Shown here piece by piece: positions 56,389 through 63,967 of a stretch of 64,000 nt of DNA. A model generated the notes under the pieces. It searched no databases. It saw nothing but the letters and a program-made list of their open reading frames with translations, and had not been told where the DNA came from. Made by a program: the position numbers and the translations under genes. The stretch is from sequence record NC_061421.1; one strand, given 5' to 3'. Every line of letters begins with the position of its first letter. Positions within the stretch are counted from its first letter, which is position 1.

Positions 56389-56928
56389 ATGAAAAAACTC
56401 ACTATTTGGGGACTCCCTGTCCCTTTACTCGGTTTTCTTCACTGGTTCGTTTTTCTATTGATTTATTTCTTTGCGTTAATTATTTGTGTTTTTGTCACCC
56501 CGTTCCTTCCTATTTTCGCAACTAAGGAAGGTAGACTCCCTACGTGGTTAGCCTGGTTTGATACCCCAGATAACACCCTTGATGGGGATTCAGGCTGGAA
56601 AGAGAAGCATTCGCTTTGGGTAAAATTTTTACCGGATTGGGCCGAGACTTATGTGGCCCGAGTATTCTGGTTATACCGTAACCCTCTTTATGGTTTCTCG
56701 ATCAGCGTTCTAGGGGCCCCTAAGGATAAACACCTCCAGCCGGTTCTGGACGGTAAAGGCTTTGACGTAAAAGGGACGTATAAGTCGCATTACTGGATGG
56801 TTTATTTCATGCGGGATGATCATGTCAAGAAACGCCGTTTTAAAGTGTATATCGGATGGAAACTCAAAGCGGAAGGATTTGATAAATATCAGTTCGCTTT
56901 TTTGATTAACCCTTTCCAAACGCCGTAA
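56389..56928 (+). CDS. membrane-associated phage hypothetical protein
   Basis: 179 aa; N-terminal TM; WFDTPDNTLDGD and WLYRNPLYGF motifs I recall from many phages. Confidence 0.8.
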   Translation: MKKLTIWGLPVPLLGFLHWFVFLLIYFFALIICVFVTPFLPIFATKEGRLPTWLAWFDTPDNTLDGDSGWKEKHSLWVKFLPDWAETYVARVFWLYRNPLYGFSISVLGAPKDKHLQPVLDGKGFDVKGTYKSHYWMVYFMRDDHVKKRRFKVYIGWKLKAEGFDKYQFAFLINPFQTP

Positions 56929-56931
56929 TTG

Positions 56932-56969
56932 AAACAAAAAAAAAAGAGAGGGCAAACGCCCTCTCTTTT
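56932..56969. terminator. bidirectional terminator, exact copy of 35972..36009
   Basis: 38-nt identity. Confidence 0.9.
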
Positions 56970-57409
56970 TATATTCTTTTTAAAGAATCGATTTCCAGCG
57001 CCACTTCAAATTCGTAAAGCATTCGCCCGAAGAAGGTCGCAATCGTGAGCAAGCCGAGGAGGTATTCGTGATGTACCATCAACAGAATCGTAAAAGCTAG
57101 TGCAACGATGATTCGCTGACAAACATTCATTCCGCCTACAAAGGTAATGTGTTTTTCTGCCTTTTCAACGATCACTTGGCGCATCGCAGGCGTCAGGACG
57201 GCGCGTGTTATATCGGGCAATGAAACGTATTGATAAAGCACCCAACCTAAACGACCGAGAATGAGTGCTACTGCCCATAGACGAACCAAATCAAAGGCTG
57301 TTTCGTTTTGCTTAAAACACAATACAGCGAGTACCACGCAAGAGAGCAGCGAGCAAATTTTAGAGGTGAGGGTAGAGAGGTAGAACATCTTTGTATTCCT
57401 TTTCTTCAT
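56969..57409 (-). CDS. four-TM membrane protein
   Basis: 146 aa, four hydrophobic segments. Confidence 0.75.
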   Translation of the reverse strand: MKKRNTKMFYLSTLTSKICSLLSCVVLAVLCFKQNETAFDLVRLWAVALILGRLGWVLYQYVSLPDITRAVLTPAMRQVIVEKAEKHITFVGGMNVCQRIIVALAFTILLMVHHEYLLGLLTIATFFGRMLYEFEVALEIDSLKRI

Positions 57410-57459
57410 GAATTGTCATAGTTGTCAGGGAACGGTTGTTCCCTGACAATGGACGGAGA

Positions 57460-57960
57460 TTAGTTACAGGTCAGAACGAGCTTCCCTTGGATATGGGTCA
57501 CGCCAAATGGCATCTGCTGAGCGTCCAGGTTGATCTTCGGAGCCAGCGCCAGCGTTTTGGTGTTACCTGCGATATTCTGCGCTTGTGCAGCATCAGTCCA
57601 CGCGTATTCCACATTGTTAACGAACACGGAAGTTTGATCGCGGTTGCTCACCGTCATCAGGTTATCGGCAAAGTCGAAGCGACCAGTGTTCTGGGTCAGT
57701 TTCGCTTCAGTGAGGCGCCAGTTTTTCTGGGCCGTGTTGCTGGTCAGCACGAAGTTGATCGCCTTACTGTTATTAGTACCGGTTTCGCCTTTCAACAGGA
57801 TACCGCCGACTTGAACACCGTTCGCGTAATCGATACCGCAGGAGATTTGAGTTTGGTTGTATTCTGCGTCCCAGACCAGTTCATTGGCAGCAAAAGCCGA
57901 AGAGGTCAGTGCCAGAGCGATTACGGAAACAGCGATTTTGATAGATTTCATTTGATACAA
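57460..57960 (-). CDS. exported pilin/fimbrial-subunit-like protein (start may be 57951)
   Basis: signal peptide ending SSAFA|A; beta-rich; Cys near N-terminus and in terminal GKLVLTCN; high-expression codon bias. Confidence 0.7.
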   Translation of the reverse strand: MYQMKSIKIAVSVIALALTSSAFAANELVWDAEYNQTQISCGIDYANGVQVGGILLKGETGTNNSKAINFVLTSNTAQKNWRLTEAKLTQNTGRFDFADNLMTVSNRDQTSVFVNNVEYAWTDAAQAQNIAGNTKTLALAPKINLDAQQMPFGVTHIQGKLVLTCN

Positions 57961-58011
57961 TTCCTATTTGAATAAAGAAAGGTTTTAGTTAAAAACGACG
58001 AGAATTTACTA

Positions 58012-58416
58012 CTATGGATCAACTTGCATGGCGCGTTGAGAATCCATTTGTTGATTCTTTTCCATGCGATCCATTTCCATCTCCAAACGTTTAATTTGGA
58101 GTTCTTTCTGACGGCGACTCAAATCAGCGAGTCTTTCACATGACTCTGCCATTTTATCGTCGCCCCCGAGAGGGATACTGATGCTAACGTAACCGCCTTT
58201 ATCGTCATTAGCATAACGATACTCGCTGCCGTTATTTCCGTACGCACCAACGTTGATTGTCGCCTGAGGACGGCTAACCTCACAGCTAATATCACCGTTT
58301 TGAATACGGCCGCGGTTTTCTGCGATGTTGTTGGTGATATAGGGAGCATCAGCAAAGGCGGTGCCAGCTGCTACCAATGTTACAATGAACAAGAGAATTT
58401 TATTCGAGATCGACAT
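58012..58416 (-). CDS. exported protein with amphipathic beta-hairpin and C-terminal coiled coil
   Basis: GAGG RBS before ATG 58416; signal peptide ending TAFA|D; ATINVGAYG...GGYVSISIPLG, then a heptad-rich helix. Confidence 0.7.
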   Translation of the reverse strand: MSISNKILLFIVTLVAAGTAFADAPYITNNIAENRGRIQNGDISCEVSRPQATINVGAYGNNGSEYRYANDDKGGYVSISIPLGGDDKMAESCERLADLSRRQKELQIKRLEMEMDRMEKNQQMDSQRAMQVDP

Positions 58417-58771
58417 TGAAACATGCCTCTGGCTGAATTTCCGATTGAGGGACAACCTGCATGGCGCAGATCATTACGTATTTTTTACCGTTACTTCTCT
58501 CCCGAATAAATTTATTATTGACTTTGATAGGGAAGGTTGCCCTTTCTCCACCGAAGACATATTTTTTATACGGAACGCCGTTTTTATCGGCGATTTTTTT
58601 ATCTTCGACGCGAAATACAAAATCAGAAGATTCTTTCGAATCAACAAACATCTCAACAACTGTATAGTTGTCGTATCCGATCGGTGTTACCCGCTGCACC
58701 GGGCCGAAATAAAATGCCATGGCATTAACAGAGAACAGCGACAAAAGAGTAAGTAGTAATAAGCGTTTCAT
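58400..58771 (-). CDS. exported Ig-like, pilus-chaperone-like protein
   Basis: 123 aa; signal peptide ending NAMA|F; beta-strand pattern; YVMICA...EACF Cys pair. Confidence 0.65.
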   Translation of the reverse strand: MKRLLLLTLLSLFSVNAMAFYFGPVQRVTPIGYDNYTVVEMFVDSKESSDFVFRVEDKKIADKNGVPYKKYVFGGERATFPIKVNNKFIRERSNGKKYVMICAMQVVPQSEIQPEACFNVDLE

Positions 58772-58838
58772 TCAATTTCTCGGTGAAAGAAAAATAATAG
58801 AGGGAGTGAAGGGTATTAATACCCTTCACTGTATAATC

Positions 58839-59255
58839 TTATTTGCAATGACGGCGCGGTTGATGGTTAAAGTTATTCTTCAAACGCTCCAGTGAACTTT
58901 TAGATGCCGGCGGTTCGGTGACTTTAGTGTTGTTGATAGATACAACATTTTGCTTTCCAGTGCACGGCCAAATTTCAAGAATTAATTCGGCTGTATCGTC
59001 TTTTTCCAGACCACCATAAACTTCGGAAAGAAGGTAGTAATCTGAAAATGCCGCTGCGTCTAAAATCAGATCAGAGATCTTAGAACCCGCGACAGGGTAA
59101 AGTTGACTAACAACTAATTCCCCGTCCAGTAAATATTCTGCTAAGGTAATTTTGGGAGTGGAATAAACCGCTTTTACTTTAATATCCTTAACGGAAAATT
59201 TACTTGAGGTGATTGCCTTCTGAATGTTTTCAATGGTTTTTTTAGCTAATAACAT
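58839..59255 (-). CDS. hypothetical protein
   Basis: 138 aa, AAGGAG RBS; TATATTTC promoter variant at 59324-59331. Confidence 0.75.
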   Translation of the reverse strand: MLLAKKTIENIQKAITSSKFSVKDIKVKAVYSTPKITLAEYLLDGELVVSQLYPVAGSKISDLILDAAAFSDYYLLSEVYGGLEKDDTAELILEIWPCTGKQNVVSINNTKVTEPPASKSSLERLKNNFNHQPRRHCK

Positions 59256-59396
59256 GTGAAACTCCTTTTTAAATGGTTTAGTTTGGTTTCGTGAAAAGGT
59301 TTTATTATTCCTTGTTCACCTTAGAAATATATATGTTAAAAAAATTGGAAATCAAAAAAAAAGAAAGAGAGAGGAAACCCTCTCTCTTTCTTACCT

Positions 59397-59660
59397 TTAC
59401 TCGGTTTCTTTCAAACCGAGTAAAATATCGGCTTTTTCTCGCGCTACTTTCTCTGAATGGGTGAGGCCATGACCTTGACGCTGATGTCCGCACATCCAAC
59501 AACTGCAATTACAAGGAGTGGTCGCAACCCGCCCGATAATACCTTTATCGGTTTGAGGTTTCATGTTGAGAAAATAAACGTTTGCGTTCCAGTAGTGAGA
59601 AACTTTCTTTTTCTTCACTACTTTTTTGAACCGACGATAAGCGCGATCGCGTTGTGCCAT
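59397..59660 (-). CDS. small basic Cys-cluster protein
   Basis: GAGG RBS before MAQRDR; K/R-rich; TTPCNCSCWMCGH. Confidence 0.7.
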   Translation of the reverse strand: MAQRDRAYRRFKKVVKKKKVSHYWNANVYFLNMKPQTDKGIIGRVATTPCNCSCWMCGHQRQGHGLTHSEKVAREKADILLGLKETE

Positions 59661-59742
59661 AATTCCGATTCCTCTTAATTTCACCCGTAAGGAACATCCC
59701 TACGGGCAACGTGGGAATTCAGAATGGCGGTAGTACCGCGTT

Positions 59743-60195
59743 TTAGGCAGCATAGGCTTTTTCAACCCCCAATAAAATTTCCCCGAGTTTCTCACCGGTA
59801 ATATCCCCTAACCCTTCGATAAAAGATTGAAGGGCGCTGACCCCTAGTTTAAGATTACGGGAAGGACCAGCCCAGTAATTAAGGGAAAGTGAAATATAAA
59901 AACACTCTGGCGCGAAGCGAATGCCTGAGCTTTTTACGCCAGGCGTGACATGGAACAGCGGAACGAACGGTATTTTATTCGCCGATAGACCGTTAACAAT
60001 TTCGTCCCCGTTCTTTATTGGGAACAGGTCATGAAAACTGATAACGACAGATCGGTTTTTGGCTTTGACAAACAATCCGAAGTTGATACGTAATTTATCG
60101 GCATTACTAACCTGAATAAAGTCGCCGAATTCGGCTTTGTTCCGTTTGGTCCAAAGTGCATTACGACCTTTAAAAGTACAAAGCATTTGAATCAC
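59743..60195 (-). CDS. hypothetical protein
   Basis: 150 aa. Confidence 0.7.
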   Translation of the reverse strand: MIQMLCTFKGRNALWTKRNKAEFGDFIQVSNADKLRINFGLFVKAKNRSVVISFHDLFPIKNGDEIVNGLSANKIPFVPLFHVTPGVKSSGIRFAPECFYISLSLNYWAGPSRNLKLGVSALQSFIEGLGDITGEKLGEILLGVEKAYAA

Positions 60196-60383
60196 CCTTC
60201 CCCGAAGATAGAGTTAATTAACTCGTCGTTACCCGACGCGTAGATCTTTCTGCTCAATGCAGCATTTTCTACTTTCCATTGATACAACGCCCGTCCCTTG
60301 TTAGGGTGCGGCATTTGTTTTCGTAACGCCTTCTTTTCTTTACGGGTCATTTTAACCCCGCGTTTCCAAATTGACTTTGCCAT
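60192..60383 (-). CDS. small basic hypothetical protein
   Basis: TAATG coupling at 60383 (MAKSIW). Confidence 0.65.
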   Translation of the reverse strand: MAKSIWKRGVKMTRKEKKALRKQMPHPNKGRALYQWKVENAALSRKIYASGNDELINSIFGEG

Positions 60384-60760
60384 TATTCCTCCGGCCAACG
60401 AATGATTATTGCATTACCGGTACGGCGAGAATAATCTTCCATTCTCTTATACTCGATACAACGTTCTACGTACTCCACGGTATAATCCCCGTAGTGCGCG
60501 ATTTCTTCCGCGGGTATACCGCGCATGTGCGCCTCGTAAATCCCTGTCTGTCGATAATCCGTAGTGATGGACTCTAATAACTCGTCCCTTTGTTTTATTA
60601 ACCGCCCGATAATACTTCTGGCGATTCTATCGCCAGCGCGAACCTTGAAGAGTTCTTTCTCTCTGTCCTTGTTTAAGAATGAGATATAGGGCGAACTTTT
60701 AATAAATGAGCTCACGAAGTTCCCTCGCGGTGTCGTTATCGGCCAATAGATGGAACCCAC
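60383..60760 (-). CDS. small HTH-like protein
   Basis: 125 aa; EAHMRGIPAEEIAHYGDYTVEYVERCI. Confidence 0.65.
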   Translation of the reverse strand: MGSIYWPITTPRGNFVSSFIKSSPYISFLNKDREKELFKVRAGDRIARSIIGRLIKQRDELLESITTDYRQTGIYEAHMRGIPAEEIAHYGDYTVEYVERCIEYKRMEDYSRRTGNAIIIRWPEE

Positions 60761-60920
60761 TTATTGTCGACGTATCTGCTCCGATACGTTTACCCATAAC
60801 GAGTAAATCGTAACGGGCGGTCGGCAGCGGAAGAGGTAGCGCTTCTTTATCAATTTGGGTTTCGTTTACCAAATCACAAAGCGATTCTTTCGCGAGAAAA
60901 ATCTGGTAATCTTTATCCAT
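60699..60920 (-). CDS. hypothetical protein
   Basis: 73 aa. Confidence 0.55.
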   Translation of the reverse strand: MDKDYQIFLAKESLCDLVNETQIDKEALPLPLPTARYDLLVMGKRIGADTSTISGFHLLADNDTARELRELIY

Positions 60921-60925
60921 AGTGG

Positions 60926-61333
60926 CTATTTCCAGCAGACGTCGAAGGTGATGATGTCAGAGCGATAAGTGCCATCTTCGTTTTTCTTCCGCAGAATACG
61001 CGGATAGAATTTAAACGGCAGGTCTGGCTCTTGGAGCGATTTCGCCACCCGTTCAGATTTGATAGGGTTATAAGATTGAATGATCGCCGTAAGATTACCT
61101 TCGCTGTCCCAATTGTAGTGTTTGGTGACGAAATGGCAATCCTTCTTATCAACCGTCACGTAACGAAGGAACTCTTCTTTCGACATCCCTTTCACTGGCG
61201 GAGGTAAATGTCCCAGCTCCAGGAAAGAATGTTTCCTTTCGAAGAACTTACTGACAGAGGCTATCCCTAAACGGTCCACCTCAGATTTGTTCAGTAATAC
61301 TACACGACGGGAAAATTTAGCCAGTTCGTTCAT
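60926..61333 (-). CDS. hypothetical protein, possible degenerate prohead-protease fold
   Basis: 135 aa; LELGHLPP...CHFVT...FYPR...IITFD. Confidence 0.7.
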   Translation of the reverse strand: MNELAKFSRRVVLLNKSEVDRLGIASVSKFFERKHSFLELGHLPPPVKGMSKEEFLRYVTVDKKDCHFVTKHYNWDSEGNLTAIIQSYNPIKSERVAKSLQEPDLPFKFYPRILRKKNEDGTYRSDIITFDVCWK

Positions 61334-61827
61334 TTTAGATTCTCCAAATAAGTGTTCAAACGATCAACGTGAGCGGCGACCCATTCCGGATCGTCGTAAT
61401 CATCAATATTAGCAGTGACTTCTAATACAGCGTCTGGTACTTCGACAGAGTAGTATTCCATATACATTTTTAATAATGAGCAACCCGCCGCGTCGATGTA
61501 TAGGTACGCATCGAAAATGTCGGTATCGCTAACTTCATTCGCTCTGTCGGAACTGTGGAGCGTGTTAAGATCTTCTATTGTCGTCCCATCCGGATGTGCT
61601 GTATCGAGTATCACGCCATCAATACTTAAGAAAGCGTGGTTGTCATTATCCCAATACGCGACAGAGTGACCTAGCGTATTTGCGACGGCACCAATTGCTA
61701 GTGCGGCAGTCCCGCAATCGCCTTGGTTGATTCTCTGCACAGCGTCTTTATCATCAATCCTATCAAAGAAGACGCGATAGAAAGTAACAAAGGTGTTAAT
61801 CAGTTCTTTTGGGGTAACGGTAGGCAT
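61330..61827 (-). CDS. putative papain/transglutaminase-like (Cys-His-Asp) protein
   Basis: 165 aa; INQGDCGTAALAI...NHAFLSIDGVILDTAHPDG. Confidence 0.65.
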   Translation of the reverse strand: MPTVTPKELINTFVTFYRVFFDRIDDKDAVQRINQGDCGTAALAIGAVANTLGHSVAYWDNDNHAFLSIDGVILDTAHPDGTTIEDLNTLHSSDRANEVSDTDIFDAYLYIDAAGCSLLKMYMEYYSVEVPDAVLEVTANIDDYDDPEWVAAHVDRLNTYLENLK

Positions 61828-62494
61828 TAATAAACTCCTCTTGGTTGACTTTCAAATAATCAAATGCAATTTGGTATTTCGACGCTACATCGCCATGACG
61901 GAAGGTGTACTGCTCATCCAGCGCATCGAACCTCGCCAGCGCTTGTGCTAAAATACCGCTATGAAATCCAGTGCGAGGTAAGTTGTTTAAGAATTGATCT
62001 TTCTCGACTAACCATGCCCGTAAAAAGGCTATAGGCAGGTCGTCTGGGTGAGACGCATTGTCCAGGATATCGGCGATTTTTACCGCCCAGATAAAAGGGT
62101 CGTCAGAGCCAATCAACCTCAGATTTTCTAATGTTGTTCTATTACAGCGATTCGCCTTGATATATTCTTTCGTATAGACATCCGTCACCCCATCCACAAT
62201 ATGGATGGTTCGATTTAGTAACTTTGAAAATTGGAAACTGATGTTATCGAAAGAGAAAATAGTATAGCGTAAATCCTCCAGTGACAATTCCGTGTCTTCA
62301 ACAACGTCATGGAGAAGGCCCGCACAAACAACTTCTGCTGGAAATTGGTATGCTTTTAAAAGTTCACTTACTTTGAAAGGGTGAATGTAATAAGGTTTAT
62401 CACTTCCTTTTCTCTTTTGTCCAGTGGCACCATGGGCAACCATTGCCACGATATTGGCCAGCCGATAAAGTTTTTCTTCATTCGTAGCGTTCAT
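61796..62494 (-). CDS. SpoT/Mesh1-type HD-domain hydrolase (small alarmone hydrolase-like)
   Basis: 232 aa; AH..QKRKGSDKPYYIHP, AGLLHDVVEDT, VKIADILDN; no synthetase domain. Confidence 0.85.
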   Translation of the reverse strand: MNATNEEKLYRLANIVAMVAHGATGQKRKGSDKPYYIHPFKVSELLKAYQFPAEVVCAGLLHDVVEDTELSLEDLRYTIFSFDNISFQFSKLLNRTIHIVDGVTDVYTKEYIKANRCNRTTLENLRLIGSDDPFIWAVKIADILDNASHPDDLPIAFLRAWLVEKDQFLNNLPRTGFHSGILAQALARFDALDEQYTFRHGDVASKYQIAFDYLKVNQEEFINAYRYPKRTD

Positions 62495-62525
62495 GTGCCA
62501 CCTTAATAGATTGGGTTACATTAGA

Positions 62526-62533
62526 GTGATATA
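62526..62533 (-). promoter_or_regulatory. putative early promoter TATATCAC
   Basis: motif 32 nt upstream of the HD gene start. Confidence 0.65.
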
Positions 62534-62562
62534 GTCTTCAAATAAATTCCGTTCACCGTAAA

Positions 62563-62598
62563 ATAGAAAGAGGAGAGGGAAACCCCTCTCCTCTTTTA
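62563..62598. terminator. intrinsic terminator
   Basis: AAAGAGGAGAGG-GAAAC-CCTCTCCTCTTT. Confidence 0.8.
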
Positions 62599-62601
62599 TC
62601 G

Positions 62602-63225
62602 TCAATAAATTCGAACTTCGTAAACACCCTGCTGAACAAAGGTAATTCCCACACCCAAGTTCGCTGGCCAGTTCACCAAGATCTTGCCCGGTGTCGCTTC
62701 ATTGGCGACGATTGCCGATGACATCTCGATAGCATCTGAGGCGTTACCTTTGGCAAGTACATATTCACCGTAAACGTTAGGGTACGACACATTCAAAACA
62801 ATAATACGGTGGTAACCGGTAGTCCCGATAAGCCGTGACGGAATCGTGATGCTTTCGTTGGCGGTAGCAGTGTAGCGGAATAATACGCCAGTCGCCGCAT
62901 TATTGACAGGAAGAGAAACTGCCACTCCAGAACTGTTCATGATCTGAGACAGTGTACTCCCGTCAAACAAAAAGATGTTTGCCGCTGTTTTGGTGTAATC
63001 CGACCAAATCAGTGCGTAATCACCCGCCTTAAGATTCGCCAAAGCGGTCGCACTGTCCGTATAAACGGTAGGGTTAGCCATAACCATACGAAGCACGGCC
63101 ACTGAGACCGCCTGTGTACTTTCGTCCCCGTTTACCAATGAAGTCGAGAAAGGAATGATATCCTTCTCGGCTATGGTGTTGACACGGGTAAGTTCGGAGA
63201 TCTTTACCGAGATATCTTCTGCCAT
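62602..63225 (-). CDS. putative virion/tail-fibre-associated protein
   Basis: 207 aa; N-terminal VKISELTRVNTIAEKDIIP...STQAVSVAVL resembles fibre/decoration N-terminal motifs; TATG at 63260-63263. Confidence 0.6.
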   Translation of the reverse strand: MAEDISVKISELTRVNTIAEKDIIPFSTSLVNGDESTQAVSVAVLRMVMANPTVYTDSATALANLKAGDYALIWSDYTKTAANIFLFDGSTLSQIMNSSGVAVSLPVNNAATGVLFRYTATANESITIPSRLIGTTGYHRIIVLNVSYPNVYGEYVLAKGNASDAIEMSSAIVANEATPGKILVNWPANLGVGITFVQQGVYEVRIY

Positions 63226-63280
63226 GTTAAAGTTCCTTAGGAATAAAACGAAGAGTTAACATAGCAACTCAGTCGTGGTA

Positions 63281-63967
63281 TTACGCCGGATCCGGGTTAG
63301 GGATATTGACGTCACTGATACCCACCGCTACATCGGGATTAGGTTCAACGCTGTCATTTTGCTTCCTTTCGATTCGTAATTTCTCGGGGTGTTTCAGATT
63401 AAAACGACGCCGCATTTGGTAGAGATAATTGTTATCGTCGTCATCGCCGATAAATTTGATTTCATACCCAACCCGGTCAAAATAACTGTAGGTATCAGAG
63501 CGACTGTTTTTACGTTCTAATCCAACAACGACTTTCCCTTTAAACCGCTTATAGTCTTCCGTCCAACTCTGGAAATGTTTTGTTGGGAAACAGGGAGTTG
63601 AGAAGCTGATCTCGTAAACGGCTCCTCTGAACCAGGTCAGTTTATCGTCAATAAGCTGGGCGTCATTAGGGATCAACGCGATCAACCGCATCAACGGGTA
63701 AATAAGGTCCCGATGGATTGTTTCTCCTCGAAACTCACCACCAACCCTGACGATCTCTTCCCCGTTATCGTAGCCATCGGACCAGGTTGCGTTATCAAGG
63801 CTCCTGATCGCTTTCTGCCGAGTCTTTGAATCGAATTGACCCATCAGCTTAATGTAATGAAGAAACGTCTCTGTGAGCATATCACAGAGCGTAGGGTCGA
63901 TGAAAAATGATTCCGGTCGGATGTAATTTCCTTCAACGAAACCCGCTCCGGAACGAAGATACCTCAA
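63281..63967 (-). CDS. hypothetical protein
   Basis: 228 aa ORF. Confidence 0.65.
   Translation of the reverse strand: MRYLRSGAGFVEGNYIRPESFFIDPTLCDMLTETFLHYIKLMGQFDSKTRQKAIRSLDNATWSDGYDNGEEIVRVGGEFRGETIHRDLIYPLMRLIALIPNDAQLIDDKLTWFRGAVYEISFSTPCFPTKHFQSWTEDYKRFKGKVVVGLERKNSRSDTYSYFDRVGYEIKFIGDDDDNNYLYQMRRRFNLKHPEKLRIERKQNDSVEPNPDVAVGISDVNIPNPDPA

Noticed and set aside
57436-57975. 179-aa plus-strand ORF opposite the pilin-like gene
   Set aside because: Antisense shadow; the minus-strand frame has the RBS, signal peptide and biased codons.
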